Assembly (NCBI GenBank): GCA_951406725.2
Contig: OX597824.1
Location: 30,566,001 to 30,630,000, forward strand
Origin: Octopus vulgaris
Lineage: Eukaryota
Direction: 5' to 3'
Length of the DNA stretch: 64,000 bases
This document shows, one piece after another, positions 38,228 to 50,075 of the stretch. Within the stretch, counting starts at the first letter, position 1. Each line of letters opens with the position of its first letter. Under the pieces are notes generated by a model. That model was not told the origin of the DNA. It ran no database searches and saw only the letters and a program-made list of their open reading frames with translations. A program made the position numbers and the translations under genes.

Positions 38228-38545
38228 TGCAGCTCCGGCGGCCGGGGGTGTTTGTCTCCCCTTCGTAAATGTATATAAGGACACAGGGAAAATTGTGTCA
38301 AAGCCATCAGGAGGCGTCGATGCTTCCTAGGGCTATACAGCGGTGGTATACTCCCCTACTGTCACGTTCGTGTTAGATTGACAGTATACAACCATTCTAT
38401 CGCCCCACCACCGTACATGTCTCTACGAGAGATTTAGAAATTTAGTATTTCTTATTTTGATAATCGGTGAATAGACTTCACTGAATTATAGATATATACA
38501 ATACGAAGTCGAGACAAATATCGCCAGCTGACCGGTGTCTGCTAC

Positions 38546-38590
38546 TCTAGGCCGATGAAGGACAATGATCCTGAAACACGTGTCCCTAGA
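38546..38590 (+). ncRNA. Type I hammerhead ribozyme, copy 2 (predicted cleavage after C38584)
   Basis: Identical to copy 1, 363 nt downstream. Confidence 0.8.
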
Positions 38591-38811
38591 TGCAGCTCCG
38601 GCGGCCGGGGTGTTTGTCTCCCCTTCGTAAATGTATATAAGGACACAGGGAAAATGTGTCAAAGCCATCAGGAGGCGTCGATGCTTCCTAGGGCTATACA
38701 GCGGTGGTGTACCCCCCTACTGTCACGTTCGTGTTAGATTGACAGTATACAACCATTCTATCGCCTCACCACCGTACATGTCTCTACGAGAGATTTAGAA
38801 ATTTAGTAATT

Positions 38812-38854
<43 letters not shown>

Positions 38855-39128
38855 AAAATTATATGTATAGATGTACGTATAGGCGCGCGCGTGTGTTTGG
38901 GTGTTTGGGTGTTGGTGTGGTGGGAGTGTGTGTATGTGTGTGTATTTCTTCATTACAGGCATGAAATAGGGAAAGTTTCGTAATTAATCAATGTTTACAG
39001 TAAATCCCAATTTAAAAATAACAACAACAACAACAACACCAGTAGTAGGAGTTGGAGCTTAGCTGAAGTGCAAGCACGACACAAACATGAACATCAATCA
39101 CAGCAACAACAACAACAACAATAACAGG

Positions 39129-39159
<31 letters not shown>

Positions 39160-39189
39160 AGCAGCAGCAGCAGCAACAACAACAACACA

Positions 39190-39577
39190 AATCCTTTATA
39201 CTAAAGGTGCGAGGCCTGAAATTTTGGGGGAGTGAGTAAGCCGATTATATCGACCCCAGTACGCAACTGGTACTGAATTTTAACGACCACCGTAAAGATA
39301 AAAGGCAAAGTCGACCTTGGAATTTGAACTCAGAACGTAAGGACGGGCGAAATGCTGCTAAGCATTGAAATTGGTGGGGAGTAGGGTTCTAGTCGATTAC
39401 CTCGACCTCAGGGTTTCACTGGTACTTAATTTATCGACCCCGAAAGGATGAAAAGCAAAATCGACCTCGGTAGGATTTGAACTTAGAACGTAAAGACGGA
39501 CGGAATTCTGCTAAGCATTGAAAGTGGTGGGGAGTGGGGTCTTGTTGATTACATCGACCTCAGGGTTTCACTGGTAA
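39190..39577 (-). mobile_element. SINE family A multimer (~2.5 tandem units)
   Basis: Repeated tcgattac-tcgacc...ggaatttgaactcagaacgtaa...gctaagcattgaaa units. Confidence 0.85.
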
Positions 39578-39579
39578 CT

Positions 39580-40190
39580 TAGGTTTTGGCCAGTATAGGC
39601 CCAGGCCATGTCTCTAACTTAATAGCACCACCTGGTGATGTCTTTTAGTCATATATGGAGCACAATGGCCCTCTCTAACAAAGAGTTATTATTGTTGGAG
39701 ATATATCCGGGTGTAGGAGGTTGGTATGGAATGTTTGGAGAAATTTGTCCAGAGAACTTTTGAATTTTATGGGATCCGTTTTCATTTTGATGTGTCTAAT
39801 ATTAAAGACAGCTGGACCGGTTGAAGTAAAGTAGCTGTGTCGTAATGTTGCTATGTGCTTTGAGTTTGATTTTTGTAGAGGGCGAGTATCACGGGGGCCA
39901 ATCCTTAGTTGGATTTTAAAATTGATGCCAACATCATTTATGCAATTTTGATGGAATATTTTCCACATCACACAAATGATGTAGCTCTCACGGCGGCGTT
40001 GGAAAGAGTAGAGATTGAATCTTTTTAGTCGATCCCAATAGTCAATACCTCTCACACCGACTATCTTTCTTGTTATTGACCTCTGGAGTGCTTCCATTTT
40101 AATAATGAGTTGCCTCGTTTTGGGAGGCCACAGTGGGCAATAATATTCAAGGTGGGGCCAGGCAAAAGTAGAGTAGCGTAGGATGATATA
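39580..40190 (-). mobile_element. CR1-group LINE 3' end
   Basis: PHLEYYCPLWPP...MEALQRSITRKIVG...YWDRLKRFNLYSFQRRRESY...FKSSLDKFL. Confidence 0.9.
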
Positions 40191-40194
40191 TATA

Positions 40195-40930
40195 CAGGAT
40201 GCGGTGAATAAATTGTCTAAATTACGCAAAGATGAAAATAATAGTGACATCTCATTTTAACAGATATATTTTCCAAATTACATGAAAATATCTTGAAATA
40301 CTAAAGAGTAAATTTATTCTATAAAATCGCCGCATTGGCTTCAACTATGGCCTCCAGACGACTGCGGAGTCTCCTGCAACTCTTTTCAACAGTCTCCGTG
40401 TTTGAGTTGGTGAATTCTGTCATAATCCTTGCCTTCAGTTCATCTTTGGTGAACTGCACCCCACACATAATAATCAAGAGGGTTGCAGTCTGAGGAGTGA
40501 CCTGGCAAAATCTTAGGGGTGATGTGGTAGCAGAAATTGTCTGACAGCCATGACTGCTTGTGTGGCATGGTGCAGAGTCCTGTTGCCAAACATAGGGTCT
40601 TCCAGCAGCCACCCTCTTCACCCAGGGCAGCACTACCTCCTCCAGGCACTTGATATAGGCCTCCGTGTTGATAGTGAGGCCGTGTGGGAAGATGAATGGC
40701 GGCATAACGTCGCCATCACCAGAGATCACCCCAAACACCATGATGTTGACTGGATATTTGATTTTTACCACTCTCGGTACATGTTATGGGGGCACAGCAA
40801 GCCAACGCTTGTTCTGTGTATTCATCATCTGATCCTGGCAGAAATTTTTGAGTTTGTTCAAAAGCTTCTCAGTGCAGTCTGTCTTCTTGTCCTTGATGGC
40901 TTGGGATAGAAATTGGACCTTTCTCATAAC
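40195..40930 (-). mobile_element. Tc1/mariner transposon 3' half (catalytic domain plus TIR)
   Basis: IMVFGVISGDG...YVWQQDSAPCHTS, SSDCNPLDYYVWG, TIR TAcaggatgcggtgaataaattgtc. Frameshifted. Confidence 0.9.
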
Positions 40931-41229
40931 GTTTTTCTCAGGTCGACTTTTCGTTCAATCCTTTTGGAATCAATAAAATAAGCAGCAGTCAAACCTTGGA
41001 GTCAATTTATTCGCCGTACCCCTTCCTTCGAATCTGCTTGTCTTTATGCCAAAATTCACCTTGCATGATGGCACATTCATAACGATTTCTACACGTTTCT
41101 ACAGCGTTGTATCTATTACTTTCTCCAGTGAATATTATCTTCTCAATATTCTTTTGTTCTACACGCCGTACGTTTGACATTCTTACTGTCATCCATACAG
41201 CTGTCCCTCCACCCATATGACATGAGGAA

Positions 41230-41650
41230 AAGGTGGTGAGCTGTCAGAAAAGTTAGCACGCCGGGCGAAATGCTTAGCGGTATTTCGTCTGTCGTTACGT
41301 TGTGAGTTCAAATTCCGCCGAGGTCGACTTTGCCTTTCATCTTTTCGGGGTCGATAAATTAAGTACCAGTTACGCACTGGGGTCGATGTAATCGACTTAA
41401 TACCTATGTCTGTCCTTGTTTGTCCTCTCTATGCTTTGCCCCTTTTGGGTAATAAAGAAATAGGTATTTCGTCTGCCGCTACGTTCTGGGTTCAAATTCC
41501 GCCGAGGTCGACTTTGCCTTTCATCCTTTCGTGGTCGATAAATTAAGTACCAGTTACGCACTGTGGTCGATGTAATCGACTTAATCCGTTTGTCTGTCCT
41601 TGTTTGTCCTCTCTGTGTCTAGCCCCTTGTGGGTAATAAAGAAATAGGTA
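41230..41650 (+). mobile_element. Dimeric SINE family A
   Basis: Head ggtggtgagctgtcagaa and two tandem cores each ending aataaagaaataggtatt. Confidence 0.9.
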
Positions 41651-41679
41651 TTACATGGGAGAGTAGAGGGTGCATTAGA

Positions 41680-43900
41680 ATCGCTATGGCAGTTGTGGAA
41701 AGTCAGATACCGAAAGTTGAGTTCAGTGTAATAAAACAAAATTATTTGGAACATTTGGAATGGCTACAGCATTCTCCGTGTTTAAATGGTACAAACTAAA
41801 GTTGCATCTCTCAGTGTAGAGATTCTTCAGGCAAACAGCCATGATATTCAACAAATGAAAGATCGAAACCAATTATTCTTGGTTTCAGATTAGGAAAGCT
41901 TATTTAAGGATCACAGTATTGGTGACATCTGACTAAGAAAGAATAAATTTTGCAATTTTTCTGGTCGAGCATATAAAACACATTCGATCAAATTAATTTT
42001 AGCTGAAATTGCAATCATTTATGAAAATTGCTATTGGAATGGCCAAATCTAAGATTGGTGCAATTTTGTTCACAGGTGGCTGGGCTGCTTATTCTGTTTT
42101 AAGCTGCCACTCAACCAATCACTGACCCGTGTTCAATATTCGCAAAGGATCTGGACAGGCAGAAGTTCTGGAGCAGCCAAGCTAAGAATATGAGATGGTA
42201 TTTCAATGTCTCCCTGGCTTGCATCTGTCACTCTTGATCGCCTCTTAAAAAATCTCAGACGTAACGTTAACACCATGTCTGGAGTCACAGGCACATGCTA
42301 CCAGTTATCGAAAAGAGCACAGCTGCTGATGAGTTGAAAACATGTTTAAAAAAATCTATTTGAACACAACTGAGAAAACGCCTTGCATTTAACAAAGCTG
42401 TCTCAGCAACCCGTCAACATATGTGAGGCATGTATTGACGGAGATCTTTATACCCGACTCTCAATGACTCAGCTGCTCGCTAAGACTCAGTTCCATACCT
42501 TACTCTCATTCTTCCATACACCAACGAGATTCCAACAATGCCAACTTTTATATATAGAATACACGACCCTTCATTTCTTCTTAATTTTCTCTAAGAATAC
42601 ATAATCACGTACGACCTAGACACCAAATGCCAAACCTTCATTGATTCTATATTCGGAGACCTCGGGAGCATCCTCCAGTGGGGTCGTATCAATCTCATCT
42701 CTTTCAACAGTAAACAATCTCAAACATTTCTCTTATCAAGAAAACATACCGCGCTGTCCCTCTCTACACGAGCAGCGCCCAACTACAACCCTCAAAGTCG
42801 CTCTAAAGGCCACCTCATTATCACCGAGTGTCTCTCCTGGCGTAAGGATATCCTTAGCACAGCTTCGATCGCATCCAAGAACTAGTCCTAAGGCCCAAGT
42901 GAGACAATGTAGTACTACTGCCATATCTTGGATGACGCTGCTGCTACGCATACAGATGCTCTAGATTGCATCCAGAAAAGCGCCGCTTAACTGATTGCAT
43001 TTAAATCACTAACGGACACACTCTTGGCTCTTGCCCACAGGCGTACCACCTCTACTCTGTTTTCTTTTTTAAAATTCTTATCGCTACTATTCTGGCCTCC
43101 ACTCATCGGAGCTGGCTGGTCTCGTACTTTACTCTCAGACACACCCGACTCACTTGTCTCTCTACCTCTTGTCTCCCATGTGGTGTCCAAGCTCTTTTCC
43201 TTCCAGCCCCACACTAATTCCTAAGTTCAGTCCCGTCTTTCCAGAACATCGGTTTTCTGGAATGTTTCTCCCTGCTCAGGTATTTTCCGTAGTTGTTGAG
43301 CGACAACAGTCTTGGAACACTTGCAAGGAAACTGCTCCTTCTTGAAGATTCAGCGCGTAAATATTAATTTGCTAAAGTTTTACCCCAATTGGGGGCAAAG
43401 TTCAGGTATCTGTTGACACTGAGAGGAGAAATATCAGTCAATTCACACTATAATTGATGCTAGCGAGGCTGCCAACAATCCAATAGAATTTTTCAATTTT
43501 TTCCAGTTCAGTGCTCTCTTTCCTCACAATCTGTAACTCAAAGTAGGACCACCTATTATGTTGCTACAAAATTTGGATGCACCAAAACTCCGTAAACGTA
43601 CAATACTAACTCTCAGAACTCTCGTGCCTGCACGCAATCGAAGTAATCATTATGATTATTTGTATCCAAAGAATTGTTTCCTTTCCACGGATTTCTCGCA
43701 TCCCATCAAGAACGTGATTTCAGTTCAAACACTTTCAATTTTCAATGAAACTGTCTTTTTCAGAATAAGTAAGGCATAGGGTTAGATCCACAGGTTTGTT
43801 AATAGTTGAACTGACAAGTCCATGTTTCTCTCGTGGTCAGCTCCATGTTGTATGTCCATGTCTTGAGTCAAGCAGACATATTTTCATTAATGCACTAAAC
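41680..43900 (+). mobile_element. Highly decayed Helitron helicase relic, interrupted by a LINE
   Basis: GG..AYSV.KLPL (~42075-42110), LDRLLKNLR (~42235), LPVIEK, KVGPPIMLLQNLDAPKL (~43540-43590), PCFSRGQLHVVC (~43820). Confidence 0.7.
42400..43340 (+). mobile_element. Decayed CR1/Jockey-group LINE 3' part
   Basis: KAQVR...YYCHIL...LDCIQK and FLSLL/YRYYSG..SSELAG remnants. Confidence 0.6.
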
Positions 43901-43904
43901 CACA

Positions 43905-44110
43905 GAACGGAAGAGTTGAGGCAGAAGACGCCTGCTGGGACTCTAGCTATAGACATTCAGGTTTGGGATACTTTCCAACTCGCCTGCTTGGCAGGGCCAA
44001 AGGAAAAGAGCAACAGCATCTCCTCCAAGAAGTTTGCACAGGTGTAGAGGAAGCATGGACTAGCAAGATGGTGGGACTCAGTAACTCAGCTGCTAGTCAG
44101 GTGCCGTGGA
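43905..44110 (+). mobile_element. Hero/NeSL-like (R2 superfamily) retrotransposon fragment
   Basis: SGLGYFPT...AKGKEQQHLLQEVCTGVEEAWTSKMVGL resembles the post-RT GxAGLG...EE...QQGAW region. Confidence 0.5.
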
Positions 44111-44191
44111 AAGTAGACAGAATGTTTGAAGCTTCTGTGAACTGGACTTGTTTCCGCCGCTAATCAAAATGACTTTCCAGGGGTGGTATTT

Positions 44192-44428
44192 GCGGCGAGC
44201 TGGCAGAATTGCTAGCACGCCGGGCGAAATGCTCAGTAGTATTTTGCCTGTCGCTACGTTCTGAGTTCAAATTCCGCCGAGGTCGACTTTGCCTTTCATC
44301 CTTTCGGGGTCGATTAAATAAGTACCAATTACGCACTGGGGTCGATGTAATCGACTTAATCCTGTTGTCTGTCCTTGTTTATCCTCTCTGTGTTTAGCCC
44401 CTTGTGGGTAGTAAAGAAATAGGTATTT
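44192..44428 (+). mobile_element. SINE family A monomer
   Basis: gcggcgagctggcagaa head, ggtatttgc repeated on both flanks. Confidence 0.9.
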
Positions 44429-44744
44429 GCTTGACCAAATAGCTGTCGATATCACTCCCGCAATCATCATGAGTACCACTAGCGGTAGTGATCATAGAAC
44501 TCATTCTGTATAAAGCACATTTTCGTTGGAACTACTTCTGTTTTACGTGTAGCAGATTAATATACGCTTACAAGAAAATATAGAAAATCAAAACATAAAT
44601 ATATGATTTTCTTATGTTAACAAATTAGAATTATCTCTAAGCACAAAATCTCTATAGAAACTTCATAGAAACTGGGTAGAATACAACTATAGATATTTAA
44701 CTGCATCGCAATACAAAATATCACAATATCACAGTATTGTTAAA

Positions 44745-44985
44745 AACCGCTGGTCACAATACGCTTCCAATTTTGTCTTGATCACCATTCTTTTCCATCT
44801 TGATCTAAAACTGTTTGAGGACATCGACATGGAGGCCTTCCAAGTAGACTTTTCCGATCTCTTGGCTACCATCCAACAACTGTACGGGTTCACCTGTTGT
44901 CTGTGAACTTTGCGACATGTTCTGCCCAGTGGAACTTGTGCTTTCGGTACTTTGCGATTACATCGTTCATTCCCCTCGATTCGAA
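44745..44985 (-). mobile_element. RTE LINE 3' end
   Basis: DVIAKYRKHKFHWAEHVAKFTDNR*TRTVVGW*PRDRK..LGRPP. Confidence 0.75.
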
Positions 44986-45421
44986 ATACAAAATATATGT
45001 AAATATAGTAGCCTGCATAAAGCACTACACAAAAAATTTGCTATAAATTAAGTAATTTCAGTTTAACAAAGAAAAACAACAGCAACAACAACAACAACAA
45101 CAACAACAGCAGCAACAACAACAGCAACAACAACAACAATGACGACGTTGACGACGACAACAACAACATTTTGATATTCAGCACCTGGTCAACACTGGGT
45201 ACCTCTCTTAGCATAAATTTAATGAATGGAGTTCATTGCATAATTCAGTAAATGGTTGGTGGGTAGATGACCGGTAGATACAAGTTCCCCCTTAAGTTGG
45301 ATATTTATATAAGGCGTAACTGCAGTTCATTAAATAAAGTGAAAAATAACAAAAAACACATCTCTCAGGGTAATTACTGGGTGAAAAATGTGCGCTTGGT
45401 TGTTTGCCTCTCATGACCAAA

Positions 45422-45760
45422 CTATTAGGTTGTCCGGAAAGTTCGTGCCGATTTAAAGCAGCTTACATTTCGACTTAGTTTAGAACATGGTTGAGTCCAT
45501 GAAATGGAGGTGTAATCGGAATCTACATAATCTGAATCGTATTTGTAGAAAATTTACTTAAAATGTATCCATTTCTCTGGAAGTTATGAGGAAACAAAGT
45601 CGGCGGGGAGCACACATGCGTAGGAATGACCCCGCTTCCTTCATTTTCAAACAGAAAATTAAATGCAATTTAAAACGATAGTGAAATTTCCAAAAGATTT
45701 TTCATTGAAAATAAATCCTAAAATTTCAGCTTTTTTTCGAAATTTTTAAAAGATCAATTT
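45422..45760. mobile_element. Mariner-type terminal fragment
   Basis: Starts TAttaggttgtccggaaagttcgtgccgattt, a mariner-like TIR. Confidence 0.5.
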
Positions 45761-46577
45761 GTTTCTGTTTATAATTTCAAAATAATTTTCAAGCGAAAAG
45801 GTGATTTAAAGGAGATTTAGCTGTTGTTTCTAGCACATCAACAACCACTGGTACCTTCTTCGTTCCTTTGTCATTCTGAGATGTTTGATGCTTTTCAATA
45901 TTTTTCTCTCCATAAGCACATTTTATGGAATGATGATGCAGTGGTCAGTTGCTGGGATTTAAGCAACAAGAAAAAATTTCCAGAAAAATTTTAGAAAAAT
46001 GTTTGAGAGGTTTCAATTTTGATAATTTTTACCCGATCAGAAAACAGGACTTTCGTACGTGAAAGCTGTGAAAAAATGGAAGCAAACGTTAGATAGAATA
46101 CGAGATATTAAACAAAATGAAAGCCAGAGAGTGAGTGTCGAAGAGTATGGTCAATATATATAGAAAGAGATAGTTTGAAAGTAATAGATAGAAAGTGGGA
46201 GACTTGTCGATCTAAAAGTTGAGTTTATTGCTCGCAGAAAATGATATTTTTTTTATTATCATTTATGAACAACACTGTCTGTGGGACAGAATTTGAAAAT
46301 CAAATTCGTTTTTCTCGAGGATGCATCGTTTCAGAGCCTTTTTGGACTAAACACACATAGATAACCACAAACACTTGCATATATATATATATATATATAT
46401 ACGTTTAAATATTTGTTGTGCAAAATTTTTTATGTGAAGTCGTGTGTTGAAACAGATATTGTTATATTTCGGAATGGTCATTTTGCCAGTTTAGCCAATA
46501 AAAACACACGCACTATATATTTGGTGTTATTTTGCTTCAGTGTTATTTATTTTTTACATTAATCTTAATCTTATTTC

Positions 46578-46622
46578 GGCCAGAGTTCTTTCGTCACACT
46601 CCTGTGACCGCATCAGTGGTCC
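46578..46622 (-). ncRNA. Hammerhead-like motif with a variant core
   Basis: Minus: cca CTGATGC g gtcac aggagt gtgac GAAA gaa CTC tgg. Confidence 0.45.
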
Positions 46623-47116
46623 TTTGTTTTCTTCTTTCTTATTTGTGTCTCTCCTTACTAACCGTCAGCCATTTTGTATTTCTATTGTATGTCTTCATTT
46701 GCGCATGCTTATATCTCTATGTGCGTCTATGTTTATTTTTGTGTGTGTATGTGGGGGGATGCCTGTAATATTTGTATCTTCTGTTTATATACGTTCATGT
46801 AATTTGTATTTTGTTTTTGTTGGTGTTTTTGTTTATTCTTATTTTGTTCATGTGTTTACACCCACTTATTATTATCATTACATATGCTTGTATGTATGTA
46901 TAACAACAATACTAGTAATAATAATAATAAATCGAATCGAAAAAATGATATATATATAAAAAAAATATATATATATAGTTATTTATTTCTATTTGTTTAT
47001 TTATCTGTGTATTTATTATGTTTTCGGGATCCTCTATCGTCATATGTTGTGGTGTGTGCTAGTGCTCCATTCTAGTTTTCTATTCAGGCTAGGTTTATTT
47101 TCTATTATGTATGTAG

Positions 47117-47170
<54 letters not shown>

Positions 47171-47171
<1 letters not shown>

Positions 47172-47671
47172 TAGCAGTATCGCCCGGCGTTGCTCGGGTT
47201 TGTAAGGGAAATAACTATATAAGCATTTTTAGAGAGTTATAGCCCAAAAATAGGAAAAAAATGCATTAAAAATGGAAAAAAATTAAGGTAAATTTCTTTT
47301 TAAATCGTTGACACATCGTAGATATTTTTAGAGAGTTACTTCCCTTATATAATAGCGAAAAAAATGCATTAAAATGGAAAAATATGATGGTAAATTTTTT
47401 TAAATCGTAGACTCATCGTAGACGCGCGCTAATACCCAGAAGGGCTCGATATGACTCACGACTATAAGATACCCGGTTTTGGCCAAAATACACCCCTTAT
47501 GTGTTTCAATTAATTTCTAACGTAATCATAAATTTAGTCTGGTTTCATTAAACAACAATAACTTTTTTATTTATCAATATATTAATGTGATTTTTTGAAG
47601 ATAATTTAATGAAATGTCCTCAACCAAGTTACAAAGGGAGGCAGATAAAATCTGCCTTTTATAATAAGAGA
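47171..47671 (-). mobile_element. Non-autonomous Helitron with a different 5' end
   Basis: 3' hairpin plus CTAG identical to 27952. 5' end TCtcttattataaaaggcag at 47671. Confidence 0.75.
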
Positions 47672-47754
47672 TATATATATATATATAGATATAGATATAT
47701 ATGCATATATATATATATATATATATATTCATATATACATATATACATACATCT

Positions 47755-48460
47755 ATGTACATACTTACATATATATGTATATATACCTGCATATATGGGT
47801 ACATGACGTCATAAAACGTAAACGATATGAAATATGAAATACGAAGACAAACTTTTGTATGCGAACAACGAACGAAACAAATGAAAACAGGACAAGTAAC
47901 ATAAAGAACGACCCTTCATCAGTTTTCGGCTGTTTATCTACTCCACATTTTGAGCAGTTCACGACAATATGTGCCTTCGAGAAAACAGTTGCTCCCGCGA
48001 ACCAAAATAAAATTTGGGATTTGCGGAAGGTCAAAGTTGGTAACAAAAACAGGACAGTGAAAACAAACAGTGAGAACCGCTAGGCCATACGAGGTAAGGT
48101 AGCGAACGCTGGAGGAACAATATTTGACAGGAGAAAAAATAGGAAAGGTGACAGACAAGGATGCGTCTGGTCTGTGACACAGACCAAAAGAAAAGAAAGA
48201 TGATCACGTGAGGAAAAGAAATATGGACGACGATCACGTGTGAGCAACGAGATAGTAAAGGAAGAAGAGGGAGAGAGAGAGAGAGAGGGACCGATAGAAA
48301 ATGGTGAGGGGGAGAAAAAGAATTAGAGAAAGGAAGAGAGAGAAAACGAAAGAGGGTAGAGAGAGGGACAAGAGTACAGGACAGAGTCGCATCAAAATTA
48401 TTAAGATAAACTTATTTGGAAACAGATGCGTGGCGTTCAGTCATATAATAATATAAATAG

Positions 48461-48546
<86 letters not shown>

Positions 48547-48655
48547 CATATATACATACTGTACATATATGTACATACTTACATATGTATGTATATATAC
48601 ATGCATATATGGGTACAGGACGTCATAAAACGTAAACAACATGAAATACGAAATA
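47755..48655 (-). mobile_element. Non-coding element with ~90-bp direct terminal repeats (Penelope pLTR-like)
   Basis: tatgtacatacttacata...gggtaca(t/g)gacgtcataaaacgtaaac...atgaaata at ~47755-47845 and ~48568-48655. Minus-strand CTGATGAaggg at ~47912-47922. Confidence 0.55.
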
Positions 48656-48695
48656 CGATATATGTAAGTATATATATATTTATATATATATATAC

Positions 48696-48749
<54 letters not shown>

Positions 48750-48814
48750 ATATTTGTATATATATGTATTTTTTTTGTTTCAGCTCAGAGCTGCGGCCAT
48801 GCTGATGCACCGCC

Positions 48815-48848
<34 letters not shown>

Positions 48849-48850
<2 letters not shown>

Positions 48851-49598
48851 TGGCTTAAAAGTTACTGAGGGGTTGCAATCTTTGATAATTCTTTTATCAT
48901 TTTTACCTTTTTTTCTTTCAGGGATTTTATGGACTAGGTCCTGGAAATTAGTTATGGAAAAAATATGGCACCGCACAACACACCCAAGTGTTCAATCAAA
49001 ATCAGGGTTCAATTATTCAAATCAAGAGAGCACCAAAGATAATTGCACTCCATAAAGTATTGTGTGCAATTACGGTGGATGAGATAATCAGGCCTTATTT
49101 CTTTGAGGACGATGATGGGAATGCTGTCACTGTGACTCGTGAGCGGTACAGGTCCATGATCGAGAACGCTTTTGCGCCGGGCCATTAAAAATAGGCCCGA
49201 CATGTGAATCCAGTAAGATGTGGCTCATACCACGAGACAATACAGTTGCTGAGACAATATTTTTTGAGAAAGAATTATCTCTCGCTATTGTAATGTCAAC
49301 TGTCTATCGCATTCCCCAGACTTGATCAGTCCTGACTTGTTGGGGTACCTCAAGAAGAAGGTTTATGTCAACAAACTAGAAACCCTGGAGCAATTGAAGG
49401 AGAATACCAGGGTACTGGACCCTGAAACCTTTACAGCTGTCATGGAATATATTTTGGAAAGAGATATGATGAAAAAGGACTAATGCAAATTAATCTCCAT
49501 TATCTCCTCTATATTGGATTAAAATTTCATACGCCTATTGGTAAAAATAAGTGAGTTATTAACAATTAAAACTCATCAGTGACTTTTGGGCCACTCTG
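48849..49598 (+). mobile_element. Internally deleted Tc1/mariner element (DD37D/DD41D-like)
   Basis: TIRs ggtggcttaaaagttactga / tcagtgacttttgggccactctg, CAITVDEIIRPYFFEDDDGNAVTVTRERYRSMI, SPDLISPD.WGYLKKKVYVNK. Confidence 0.85.
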
Positions 49599-49612
49599 TG
49601 TATATGCACACA

Positions 49613-49833
49613 CGAGAGGAGGTGCTGTAAAGTTCCTGGCTTTAAGGGTATCACGAAAGGCCTTGTTGGAGGCCCAACCTTCTTAATTCTTTTAGAGGGC
49701 TTAGAAAAACTGAAAGGCAGCAGCAATAAGTGTGTGAATTTGAGAAGGGAATATGCTGAATAAAATCATAATTAATCGACCCGTCTTTAGTTTCTTTTAC
49801 CTAAAGCCAGGAACTTTTCTGCACCACCTCGTA
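49613..49833. mobile_element. Mariner MITE
   Basis: TIRs ggtgctgtaaagttcctggcttta / taaagccaggaacttttctgcaccacctcgTA. Confidence 0.8.
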
Positions 49834-50041
49834 CATACGTACGGACGTCTGCCGTTCAAGAATTTGGACCTGGATATCTCCATTTCCAGCGACTTCGAGG
49901 ACCACCTCCCAGTGGTGTCGGGCGTCAACGAAGAGCCCTCGACTACAACAAGACGACCAAATTTTTTTTTCCAAGGTCTGGGGGTCTCCTGCCCCTAAGC
50001 CCTAGACCATCACCTAATCACCCTTACCTATCTTGTTGCTT

Positions 50042-50075
<34 letters not shown>

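Larger units (their letters stand above)
37992..38815 (+). mobile_element. Retrozyme-like tandem repeat, ~2.3 copies of a 361-363-bp unit
   Basis: Units start at 37992, 38355 and 38716 and differ at only a few positions. Each full unit holds one hammerhead. Confidence 0.85.

Noticed and set aside
37992-38815. Assembly artefact as the cause of the 363-bp tandem
   Set aside because: The copies differ by substitutions as well as indels, one preserving a G-U pair, which argues for real duplication. Long reads would settle it.
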